NCBI GenBank assembly: GCA_002269645.1
Contig: NIVC01001689.1
Location: 124,001-188,000 of the forward strand
DNA length: 64,000 nt
Source of the DNA: Macrostomum lignano
Taxonomy: Eukaryota
Direction of reading: 5' to 3'
Both the position numbers and the translations under genes were made by a program. A model generated the notes under the pieces. It was given only the letters and a program-made list of their open reading frames with translations. It did no database searches and was not told the DNA's origin. Of this stretch, positions 1 through 11,044 are shown piece after piece (position 1 is the stretch's first letter; the number at the start of each line of letters is the position of its first letter).

Positions 1-865
1 TCTTATTTCTATCCTTTTTTCTCTCCACTCTCCCATCTCTCGTCTGTTCACTCTCGTCTCTGGTCTCTCATCTCCCCTCTCTCATCTGCCATCTTTACTC
101 TCTTATACTCGTATGTTTTCTCACCTCTCTCATCTGTACTCTTCTCTTTCCCCTCTTTTGACTCCTCTCTTTCCTTTCTCCTTTTTCCCTTCTCTTCTAT
201 TCCCTCTTCTATTCTCTCCCTCTCTTGTCTTCTCTCTTTTCTCTTCGCTCTCCTCTCTCCTCTCATATATCGCGTTCACTCTCATCTTTGCTCTCTACCC
301 CCTCTCTCTTCTCTCTCCACTCTTTACCCTCCACTCTCCTGTGTACTCTTCTCTTTCCCCTTTACTGAATCCTCTCTTCTTACTCCTCTTCTCTTCCCTC
401 TTCTATACTCTTCTCTTGTCTCTTTGCACTCTGCTCTCTCTTCCTTCATATCTCTATCTCTACTCTCTCGTCTCCACAATCTCATCTCTTTCCTCTCTCC
501 TCTTCTTCCCTTTACTCTATCATCTCTCCTTTCTCCTCTCTTCTTTCTCAACTCTCTCTCTCTCATCTCTTATCTCCTCTCTTCTCACTCCTCTCTCCCT
601 CTCTCTCCCCTCCTATCTCCTCTCTGTTCTCTATTCTCTATTCTCTTCTCACTCTTCTCTACTCTCCTCTCTCATCGATCCTCTGTCTCATCTCTCCCCT
701 CTTCTCTCTTCCTCTTCTCACCTCTACTCTTTCCTCTCCCTCCTGTCTCCCCTCCTCTCGCTTCCTCCTCCCATATTCTCTGCTCTCTCCTCGTCCTCAC
801 CCCACTCGTCTTTCCTGTTATCTTATATCTTTTCTCTTACCCCCTCTCGCCCTTCCTCTCTTTCT
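1..865. repeat. Degenerate CT-rich low-complexity tract
   Basis: Almost purely C/T on the plus strand; source of the L/S/P and R/E/G ORFs. Confidence 0.95.
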
Positions 866-1689
866 AATAGTCTATTCCTTTTCTTTTTCACACTCATCTG
901 GCCCGCAGCCATGAGTTGGATTCTTTATCTGGCCTTTGAGTTAAAAATCTACCGATCCCTGCTTTGAAAGCCAGTTTGTGGGACGTAGTACTATCATGGT
1001 TATCATTTCTTATGCTTTAATCACGTCACCTTTCTGGCCAATTAGCAGCCCTGAGAGGAATTTGTGTATCTCCAGCTCCACCACCACAGTCTGCACTCTG
1101 CAGCAGTCTAACAACCAAGGAAATGCGCATTTCTTAGGAGTCATTTAAATTTTAAAGTTACTCTATGCGAAACTTAATGTTAAAAGCTTCATGGTGTAAC
1201 TAATTTAGTAGGATTTCATTGTAATAAGTTATTCATTAATTTTTCGCTATTTTTACAAACCATCCCGCATCGCCTTGATTTGCCTGTTTGCCATCCACTG
1301 TTAAACTGCTGCAGACTTGTCTATACAGAGGACAGTGGTTTGAATCTCTCGCTAAACTGTCTCTCCTCTCCACGCCTCTCTAATCGCAGTCGCGGGTACA
1401 GAGAAGGCTATTAAAAAGTTATTCCAAAACACTGTACACTCGCTATGTACATTGAGCCCTATCGCCTGACCCTTCTTCGTCTGGCTCTGGGGGAATAAGT
1501 GAGTGAGTGGCACAAACAACAGAAAAAGGAGACAAACTTCACATGCTTACAGTTTCTGTTCTGATTGAGTTAGAGAGTTGAAACTTTACATTTAGACAGA
1601 GAATGAATCAAAGAAGAATTGTGTTAAGTTAGAAGTCAATCGCTTCACGTGGAGCAAACTTATGGCAGCCGAAAGTTAGTCATTTTAAA

Positions 1690-2135
1690 ACCCATTGACA
1701 CCCTTTGCCCAGATCGGGAAAGAGGCAGGCGGGCGGAGGTTGGGGTGGCTGTCTCGCTGAAAAAAACAGCCAAACTTTAAAAGTGCACAGCGCCGTTCAG
1801 GATTAACTTTGAGACTCGAAATTTTACACGATTGTGTCAAAATAGTTGAAAATTGATTGTGTCAAATTTGAAGAGGATCGGTAGAAGTGGAGCGGCGCTA
1901 AGGAGGCTTTAGTAAAAAAATCGCGCGTTTTGAGCAGTTTTTTGCACTTTTAGGTAGGAAGACTCAAATTTAGGAAATTTAAAGGTAGCCTAAGACATTC
2001 TCCGTAGTGAGTTTAGGGTGGGTGTAAAATTTGGTGTCATTTGGTTGAGCGGTTTGGGAGTCCATAGCGATCAAAATTGTCCACACACAGACAGACACAC
2101 ACACACACAGAGTTTTGATTTTTATATGTAGAGAT
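1690..2135 (+). mobile_element. Possible non-autonomous Helitron-like element, 3' part
   Basis: Ends AAATTTGGTGTCATTTGGTTGAGCGGTTTGGGAG...(CA)n/ACAG microsatellite...TTTTATATGTAGAGAT, resembling from memory the 3' layout of invertebrate Lep1/HINE-type elements. 5' end not located. Confidence 0.4.
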
Positions 2136-2329
2136 AATCTTATTTTAGTATATCGTTTTTTTCTTTTTTTCAAACTAAACCAATTTCTACATACATATTT
2201 AATATTATACCACTTCAATTTCAAAAGTTAATTTTTTAAAATAGTCTTTAAAAAATTGTTTTACACAAGCCAATTTTAAAAGCTAAATTTTATTTACTCA
2301 AAGAATATATTCTAATATTCTATAGGTAT

Positions 2330-2779
2330 CCAGGATGGAATTCTTGTATTTCTTAAGTCAAACGGAATTATGCGATTTTTTTATGGCACGCAAAATATTT
2401 TTTATTGGTCGCATTTTTTATTTTGGTACTTAGCACGTCGCAATAACGAAAGAAGCATTCTAAGACAATGTAGTGATTTGATTTGATATGTATGTTAGAG
2501 AATGTTACAAGTTTCTATTTTTTATAGAATTTTTTCGAATTTTTACTTTTGTGCCTTATTTAGTTTTTACTTTTTATTCTTTTTTCTTCGTAATCTTAGC
2601 TAGTAGGATTATCTTTTACAAAATCCAATATATCAAGTGCACTTTTGCATATATTAAGAATTAGCAATTTTGTCTGAAAATCTGCGACACATTTTTTCTG
2701 GATTTTTTTACGCAAAATTGCATTTTTTTCGCGCAATAGCATAACGCATTGTGATTTTTCTGCAAGAATTCCATCCAGG
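2330..2779. mobile_element. MITE, 450 bp, ~19-bp TIRs, 8-bp TSD
   Basis: Left CCAGGATGGAATTCTTGTA; right end reverse-complements to CCTGGATGGAATTCTTGCA (17/19). Flanked by the direct repeat ATAGGTAT at 2322-2329 and 2780-2787. Confidence 0.78.
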
Positions 2780-3678
2780 ATAGGTATGGCTAAAACAACT
2801 TTTAAGCAGTGTTGGGCAAAGTTCCGGCACTACTGGCACTTTTGGTACTGGAAGTCACTTTTTTTAGAGTGGCACTTTTTTCTGGTTCTTTTTTTTTAAT
2901 GCTGGACTCAGGTAACAGAAATTACTTTTTGATAAGTCTAGTCTTCTGGTAGGCATTCTGGTGAGGGTCACGTGACCTGTGCGTGCCGAGCAAAATCTGC
3001 TAAAAAGAGCTAAATGATACCAACTTCATATGATAAAAAAACTAGAAAACCAAGAGAGTTAAGAAAAACGGAAATATATGTCCTGAAGAGAGAGATTTAA
3101 GCTTTAATTTGAGACTACTTGGAGGTTCCTACAATGTCAAATAGTGAAGCTACGGTAATTTGAAAAACAAACAAATTCACCATGCTTTGGAAACTGTGAC
3201 AACACGGGAAAATTAAGTGACTGACAGAAATTTGAATTGCATCAAAACGAGTGCTTTTTTTGATAAGCGGTTTTCAGTAAAACAAAGATTAATAGTTACG
3301 GAATATATTTCTTTTGCAATGCAAAGAAAATTGAGATATTTTTCTTCTATAAATATTAGTCCAAAGTCTTCAACTAAAATTTTTGACTCGAAACAAGACT
3401 GGTGACAGGGTGGTGACACGATGTTTTTTACGTAGGATTTCATGGTGAATAAGATGCAAAAATAATTTTGGAGCTATCTTAACGCGCAACAACGCGCGAC
3501 TGATTCAAAGTAAACCCTAGCCTAGTTGCATTTCAGACTACCCTTTTAGAAGCAAATGGACTTTCTTTTTCTTCTTTTTTCTTCTGTTTTATTCATCCAA
3601 AATGGCATACAAACACGAGGAAACAATGATCTCATTGCTAGATCTTACCACAACTCCAATAATAGTACCAATGTTTTG

Positions 3679-3778
3679 GGTAAACAGCAGGAGTAAATAC
3701 CTCGTCATCTAATTAGTACTTGTTTCCTAATTTAAAGTACTAATTAGATGGGCATTTTTGCAACTTATCTTGGCTAGG
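3679..3778 (+). repeat. Dispersed repeat, copy A (homologous to 27560-27675)
   Basis: Shares the collinear blocks GGTAAAC..CAGGAGTAA, CCTCGTYATCTAATWAGTAC and GGGCATTTTTG..ACTTAYCTTGGCT with the copy in kinase intron 1; internal perfect 15-bp inverted repeat at 3706-3720/3736-3750. Confidence 0.6.
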
Positions 3779-6700
3779 CCCCTTGCCAGACAGCTAGATC
3801 TGCTGGGTATTGCACTTGGATGATCTATATAAGGATAAAAATGGAATAATTGTGGTCTGAGGATTAAAATTTCATTTACGTCACCTCATTATTTTGAGAA
3901 TAGAAGAAAAACTATCAATTGTATTTTGCAAAGTATTAATTCAAAAAATCTACAAGAAAAATGCTAAAAAATGACATATTAGGCATAAAAATGCATTGGA
4001 TAGTTCAAAAGCTATATTATCTATAACTCGGAAAATCAGACATTTTGAAGAAAAATGATCACAGTACCTTATGGGAAAAATGCATTACGGAAGTGTCAAA
4101 AAATGTGATACTAAAAATGCTATAACTTTTTCATTACTTGACCAAAATTCAAAAGTGAGGTGTCTTTTTACTCATACTTGTATGCTCAATCAAAGAAAAG
4201 CAAAATATTTGCTAATCTTGAAACTTCAAAAACCTCACCAGAATGCCTACTTCTGGTACTTGAAATAAAATTTTAATTTTAATTTACAAGTAAAATTTGC
4301 TTTTATACTACTATTTCTATATAGGCCTTATTAGTTGTAATAGTGGGATTAGTCGTAGTATTTGGTCTAGTCATCTAAAATTAAAATTGTCAATTTATAG
4401 CCCCAATTTATTTTTTTCTTCTGGCCTACCACCTTAGCCCAGTCTTCCAATCTGGCCCACATTGAAAAAAGTTTGCTAACCCCTACTTTATCTATATTGC
4501 AGAAAGTATAGTTCTGCACCTCTATACCTCATACACTAATTAATAAATTAAGAAAGTTAATTTCAAAATTAGATTCATTTTTCAAATAATAATAATATAC
4601 AAATATTTTCTACAGTTACTAGTAAAAAAATATACCTTTGGCTTAATTGATAATATATGTGATATATTAATATTATGTTATGATAAATTACAAAATCAAT
4701 TTTAAAATATTAAAAAATTAAATCAGGATTGAAATTCAAGCAAAGACATTAATTAAATTAGGCCTAGTCACAATATACTAAATCTCTAAGATCTTCTTCC
4801 TATATTATATGCTATAATATAAACATTAATGAAGCTAATATAATTTAAATGCCTAGCCACCACCCAGCCCACCCACGGCGACCCACCAGTCCACCACGGC
4901 CACCAGATGCCTTGCTTGGCTTTAGCTTGGTTATAGTTGATCTTGGATAAATTAGGGATCAATTGAACTTAAGCGTATGTTTTTCTATATGATGCATAAG
5001 AAAGACAGAATAATAAGCTAATAGTAAATCATTTACTAAACTAAATGGCATTGTATTTTTATAAATGTTTATTGTGATGCTTTTATGATTGTGGCCGCGA
5101 GAGGCGATCGACGTGCACATGCGTTAATACCCAAATTAAATTTCACTTTATAAACACATAAGTTATAAACCCATAATATTAAGTCATTTTATAAAATTTG
5201 TAAATATTCAGCATAAAGCATATTAAATCAATGCAGCGTTTTTGCTGTCCTGTTATTGTTATAACTTAACATAACATTAACGACTTTTAATCTGTACGAT
5301 GAAAATGCCCGAGTGTAATGCGACGAAATTCGTTGAGACTCTTTCAATCGCAACGTCCTATCAGATCTCGATTTAGTAGCCTCAGCTCATCAGCGTCAGC
5401 CTGTTCTTTAGTACTTCAATGCATCAATCCTTTTTAATTTATAGTCGTATCCATCTACATGTATTAATTATACTTCTTATCCTAATAATCTTTCAGTCAT
5501 ATTGTCCCACACAATCAGTGGAGTTCAGCTGAGCAGAGTATCAAATTTTTGGGTATCACTGCCGAGACTCAGTGAATTTTTTTGATACTTAGCCCTTGCA
5601 TGTATGGCTATGTATATGCTTGTAATTTTTTTAAATCGCAGTGTTTGTTATAACCATGCAAGAACTTACATGTGTACGTACATGCAAACCTAGCTATCAT
5701 TGAATGTCCTTTAAAATTTGCATGTAAATATTTTGTACGATACTAATACATTGTGCGTGTTCATCTATACACACGGAACATACAATAACAAAATTCGAAA
5801 GCTCGATCTTCTAGAGTAATTGTGAACTACATGTGTACAGGTAAGTCAATAATACTGTACACTGCACATGTGGTTTGAGAGGCTTGTTACATGTAATAAT
5901 GTCTCGCATGAGCATATACTTTCAACATAATGTAAGAGCAAATACATAAATCACGGTCAATCATGAGAGGTACATGTATAAAGAACTGTAATGCATAATG
6001 CATATATCAATTAACTTATCTGATCAGCTCACAGTACGTGATCGCCTCGAGCAGTTGGCATGATTTATGGATCACGATAGATTCAAGCCGGAAAGGCAAA
6101 TTCGATGCTTAATTGCAGCGTAAATAATTGAGCGTTTAGCTTTCTTTTACATGTACATGTACTTTTAAGCTGATCAATTACTGTGGCGTCCCATAGCGCA
6201 GAAATTATACAAATCTGTCTATGACACATCTCTGCCTATAAATTAATCAAAACAGAGGGCAACTTCAGAAGTCATGCAAGCACCGGCCTGAAATATTCGC
6301 CCTTAATTGGCACTTCAATACTAAGCGATCTTACTAATACTTTTTTAATCGGAGCTGCATCAGAGTCTTCTCCATGTGCTTGCAGTAGCAGTTATATTTA
6401 TCTATACAAAACAACTGATCGAAATGTCTAGCTAAAAACAGTTTATGCAGTGCTTGGAAAACAAATCAAAACACAAAAAAGGAGCTAAGTAACGAAGGCA
6501 ATAAACACTGCTTAGTCTAGACAAGTGAACCAGACCGCTCCCTGACAGGTGGTTGCTGGTGACCGATGACATTCGGTCACTAATGCAGGTTAAAAACAGA
6601 ATAGCTAAAAATATAGCAGGATAGAAAGGAAAATATGAGAAAAAAAGATTTTCGTAAATCTAGCTACTGCCTACAGGGGTTGATTAGTCTCATATTAGAA

Positions 6701-7129
6701 TCTAATTCCGACATAATCTCTTTGACACAGAAACAGTGGCAATAGCAGCAATAAAACAGGCGGTCTGTTTCAATCAGAAAAATGAAAATATTGACATGCA
6801 ACTAAGCTACAGTGTAATTTCTGCTAAGATTGCTGATATTTTCATGGGAAAGATTATATTTATCATGCATATTTGGGTACAGCGTGCCATGTACAAGAGG
6901 TGGAGGCCTACAACCCAGGACTAGGGTACCTGTGCAGCTGCTTGAGCTGCTCAAGCAAGATAAAACTCGCCTTATTGCGCTATGGGTTTGGTACTGAGCA
7001 TGCATGGCAGGGAAATCGGTTTCGAAACGATAAGGAGCTTTAATCAAAGAAGGAAAATAGGATTTGGGGATGGGGAAAAGGAAAAATGTGAGAATGGAGA
7101 TGGGAGGACAATTAATTAGGTCTTAAAGG

Positions 7130-7435
7130 ATGGGGATTAAGGATTAAAGATTTGGGGAATTTGGAATGAGGATCGGGGATCGGGGATTGGGGACTGCATG
7201 GGATTGGGGATTGGGGATTGGGGACTGGGGACTAGGGATTGGGGATTGAGAAATGGGGATCAGGGATTGGGGATTGGGGATTGGGGATCGGGGACTAGGG
7301 ATTGGGGATCGGGGACTAGGGATTAAGGATTGGGGATTGGGAAATGGGGATCAGGGATTAGGGGTTGGGGATTGGGGATCGGGAATTGGTGATTGGGGAC
7401 TGGGGATTGGGGATTGGAGATTGGGAATTAGGGAA
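7130..7435. repeat. Heptamer array (GGGGATT/GGGGATC/GGGGACT)n
   Basis: Visible 7-bp period; starts ~100 nt past the Nudix stop. Confidence 0.92.
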
Positions 7436-7532
7436 TGCGTCTAAAAAGGGATTAGAAAAGGGAATGGGTGAATCGAAAAAACTCTGGTGGGCTTGGCTTG
7501 ATGCCACGCAAGCAACCAGCGAGCAGGGCGGC

Positions 7533-7773
7533 TCAGCCCGACCCGGCGCCATTCGCTAGCGGGCCGCTCTGCCGCTGGGAGTCCGCTTCGGTCGTCGCCC
7601 CATTCTCATCAACAAAGTAGAACCGGCTGGACTTGGTGTGCCCCCTGCCCAGGTAATCCAGGTGACCGATCGCGCTGCCAGAGCCTTTGAGCTGGCGGAG
7701 GTAGGCGTCCACAATGAGCCGGTTGGTCTGCGAGGTGGTCGGCTTGGCGGCGTACTCGGCCGGGTCAACCCAC
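7533..7773 (-). CDS. NUDT6: NUDT6-like exon 2
   Basis: TTCAACAG| acceptor; WVDPAEYAAKPTTSQTNRLIVDAYLRQ...GSG*. This frame is not in the ORF track. Confidence 0.8.
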
Positions 7774-9005
7774 CTGTTGAACGGTGCCAGATGGATCAGG
7801 GAATTTAAGTGAGAGCTTAATAATTAATTATGGTACTCTTATATGAACTATTTGTTTCGCTTCTAAGTTCTGATTGGCAGTGTTAAGGAAAACATGTGAA
7901 AAATTCGCATCTGAGTGGCTCTTAAGTTTGTAGGGCTTGCAGAATGTAAGTTGGCGTGATGGAATCTGATATTGGCTCTGGAGAATCGAGGTAATAGGCG
8001 CGCTGGAATCTGATTGGCTCTGGCAATTCAGGGGTAGGTGAGCTGGAATCTGATTGGCTCTGGCAGTTCAGGGGTAGGTGAGCTGAAATCTGATTGGCTC
8101 TGGCAATTCAGGGGTAGGTGAGCTGGAATCTGATTGGCTCTGGCAATTCAGGGGTAGGTGAGCTGGAATCTGATTGGCTCTGGCAATTCAGGGGTAGGTG
8201 AGCTGGAATCTGATTGGCTCTGGCAATTCAGGGGTAGGTGAGCTGGAATCTGATTGGCTCTGGCAATTCAGGGGTAGGTGAGCTGGAATCTGATTGGCTC
8301 TGGCAATTCAGGAGTAGGTTGAGCTGGAATCTGATTGGCTCTGGGGAACGGCAAGCCCACGCACCGATAGTCGCCGATTTCGCCGCCGGGCTCGAGTCGA
8401 ACCGCGGCGCCAGGCAGCGGGTGCAGCAGGCAGGCAAAGTAGAGGTCGGCGATGCCCCAGCGGTGCCGGTGCAGATGCCGGAAAGCCAGCAGACCGTCCA
8501 CCGCCTCCGTCTCTAGGCCGGTCTCCTCTCGAACTTCCCTAATCGCCGCCTCGCTGATGTTCTCGCCGATGTGCGCGTAGCCGCCCGGCAACTTCCAGTG
8601 CTGGCTGGCCCGATCGTAGGCCTCGGTGACCACCAGCATCTGGCCGGTGTCCGGCCGCACCACCAGGCCGGCGGCGCCCACAGTGTGGGTGGCGTAGGGC
8701 GGGTAGTTGCACTCGCCGGGCGCCAGCCACAGCAGCATGCAGCAGGCCGAGCCGGCCGCGTGGTGGAACCGAAACCCGACTGCGGCCAAGGCGGCGATCA
8801 GCGCGGCGGACCCGGTGTCGACTCCGAGGCTGCAGACGACGCCGCGGACGCCGTTCCGGCGCCACCGATCGACATGGTCGGCGACGGCTTCCCGAAGCGA
8901 CTGCGCTGACGGCGTCGGGTCGGGCAGGACGTTGCCCAGGTTGAGCGACACGCATTTGAACATGTCCGGCTCGCAGCTGGAAAGCAGCTCCTGCAGCCTC
9001 TCCAT
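7533..9005 (-). CDS. NUDT6: NUDT6-like Nudix hydrolase; join complement(7533..7773,8365..9005), 293 aa
   Basis: Nudix box GGYAHIGENISEAAIREVREETGL preceded by NUDT6-type GFRFHHA...LWL...PPYATHTVGAAGLV. Donor CG|GTGCGT at 8364 and acceptor CAG|G at 7774 (phase 2) continue as RWVDPAEY...; stop TGA at 7533-7535; CDS 882 nt. The symbol is a family-level call. Confidence 0.88.
8002..8343. repeat. 40-bp minisatellite in the Nudix intron
   Basis: GCTGGAATCTGATTGGCTCTGGCAATTCAGGGGTAGGTGA, ~8.5 copies. Confidence 0.95.
8365..9005 (-). CDS. NUDT6: NUDT6-like exon 1
   Basis: ATG at 9005; carries the Nudix box; the supplied ORF reads on into the intronic repeat beyond 8365. Confidence 0.88.
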
Positions 9006-9010
9006 ATTGG

Positions 9011-9020
9011 CTGAAATTGG
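9011..9020 (-). promoter_or_regulatory. 3' splice acceptor just upstream of the Nudix ATG (5'UTR intron or trans-splice site)
   Basis: AATTTCAG|CCAAT ATG: AG 5 nt before the start codon. Confidence 0.4.
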
Positions 9021-9094
9021 CGCGATTTACCTACTAACAGTAGCGCGAATTTATCTGGTTTTTGAGCCATATTCGTGTTTTGCCACTGAATTAG

Positions 9095-9255
9095 CTGGGG
9101 GAATTCTGCCGGGGGCTGATTTGATTGGGGGAATTCTTCCAGGGGCTGGATTGATTGGGGGAATTTTTCCGGGGGCTGGATTGATTGGGGGAATTCTTCT
9201 GGGGGGCTGGATTGATTGGGGAAATTCTGCTAGGTAGGCTGGATTGATTGTGGAA
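9095..9255. repeat. 30-bp minisatellite upstream of Nudix
   Basis: GCTGGATTGATTGGGGGAATTCT... ~5 copies. Confidence 0.88.
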
Positions 9256-9729
9256 TTCCACCAGACAATCTTAGAAGCTATAATTAGACTTTATTACTTG
9301 TAATATCTCCCTTTGGTATTATAAATATATGCTCGTAGCTGCTCTTATGAACTACTCATCCAAGCCAAAGTTAATGATAGCTCGTATAAAGCACTTTAGC
9401 ACAGGATCGCATTTAGAAATTCCATTAATCATGGAATTGGCATCCAGATAAATCAGAAAATTTTCTCAATAACTGCTGATAAATCCAGTGCCAGTTCATT
9501 TCCGACTATGCAAGCTTTGCCAGCCTTACCGCGATGCAGCCATTTTTTATTGTTGCAACCCGATAATCTCGGCATCTTTCATTCGCTTGGAAATTAGATC
9601 AGCTGGATTGGACGAAAATGAATCGCTAAAAAATCTCCTAAAATGACTCTAGCATTTTAGTAGCATTGAGAAGTTTGCATATCAGTTTATCAAATTCATT
9701 TACTCTGAATGATCTCATCTGTGATCTAC

Positions 9730-10340
9730 CATAATCTACCAACATGGCATTGATACATATCATCTACCATAATCTACCAACATGACATTGACACATATCA
9801 TCTACCATAATCTATCAACATGACATGTGATCGAGAAATTCTAACAATGGCACTCTTGATCAACCAGATCTATCTATGATACCCTTGATCTACCAGATCC
9901 ATCTACCAATGACACTTGATCTATCAGATCTACCAATGACACTTATGATCTACTAGATCTACCAATGACACCCTTGATCCACCAGATCTACCAATGACAC
10001 CCTTGATCTACCAGATCCATCTACCAATGACACTTATGATCTACTAGATCTACCAATGACACCCTTGATCCACCAGATCTACCAATGACACCCTTGATTT
10101 ACCAGATCCATCTACCAATGATAACCTTGATTTACCAGATACATCTACTAATGACACCCTTGATCTACCAGATCTATCTACCAATGACACCCTTGATCTA
10201 TCAGACCCATCTACTAATGATATCCTTGATCTGTTAGATCCATCTACCAATTATACCTGTCCTATGATCTACCATATGTATTTAATTAATAATGTTCAAT
10301 CTATCTGATCTACTAATGATAGCCATGATTTATTAGATCT
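9730..10340. repeat. Degenerate GATCTACCA/ATGACACCCTT minisatellite
   Basis: Variable ~29-33 bp units, preceded by a ~43-bp doublet at 9730-9830. Confidence 0.85.
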
Positions 10341-10348
10341 ATCAAAGA

Positions 10349-11044
10349 GGTATGTGGTCATTTTGTCTGCCACCTTTATGTCTGCTGGCAGATGAAACAA
10401 CTTTATAATAATAAGCAGCAAAATAGGTTTATAAATGGCTAGAAGTAATCGATAGTATATTTTTAATAATTCAAATTTGCAAGTAATTTTTAGATTTAGA
10501 ATTAGATGTAATCATTGTATTTTTTATTTTGTTTATCGCAATGTTTCTGAGAAGTATGATTATTGTTATATAAGCTTTAAATCTACATAGGAGTAAGATT
10601 TATAATTTGCACCGTCGCGCATGTAACCAGAAATCAAGCAATACAAAGTAAACAAATTCTAATAAGTAAAATAATACTAACTAGACTAATTGCTTTTGAG
10701 CTTTGAAGCTTTAAGATAGTTAAGAGATAGACAATGTGGTATCATATGATATCATGACGAAATGCATTGATTTGTTCCATTGCAAAGTTTATTAAATATA
10801 AACTAAAATTCAGAAATTATTTGTCATATTCAGAAATTACTTGTATAATTCATTATGACTAAGAAATGATCTTGATATATTAATCACTGTTATATTATAA
10901 TCACTATCTCAAATTATTGGCAACAACTGACATATTTACACTTATTAAAACTTTACTATTTGTGGTAGATGAAACAACTATATTGTATTCTTGCAGATGA
11001 AAGGGTGGCAGACAAATTGGCAGCAGACGAAATGACCATCAACC
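10349..11044. mobile_element. Degenerate MITE-like element
   Basis: Imperfect terminal inverted motif GGTCATTT(T/C)GTCTGC and subterminal GCAGATGAAA/GTAGATGAAACAACT repeats around an AT-rich core; no clean TSD. Confidence 0.35.

Noticed and set aside
48-967. ORFs of 284, 147, 80 and 72 aa
   Set aside because: Translations of a CT/GA low-complexity tract; no domain.
2807-4485. Isolated hAT-like ends (CAGTGTTGGG at 2807; AAAAGTTTGCTAACCCCTA near 4466-4485; CAGTGGC near 30514)
   Set aside because: No matching partner TIR or TSD found, so no element boundaries can be supported.
6559-6580. 8-bp stem hairpin GTGACCGA/TCGGTCAC as a Helitron 3' hairpin
   Set aside because: No CTRR terminus at the expected distance.
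6880-7035. Short GC-richer island with open stretches downstream of Nudix
   Set aside because: No recognisable motif or splice signals; could be 3'UTR or a decayed element.
7130-7435. Interstitial telomere
   Set aside because: The unit GGGGATT is not a permutation of TTAGGG or TTAGGGG.
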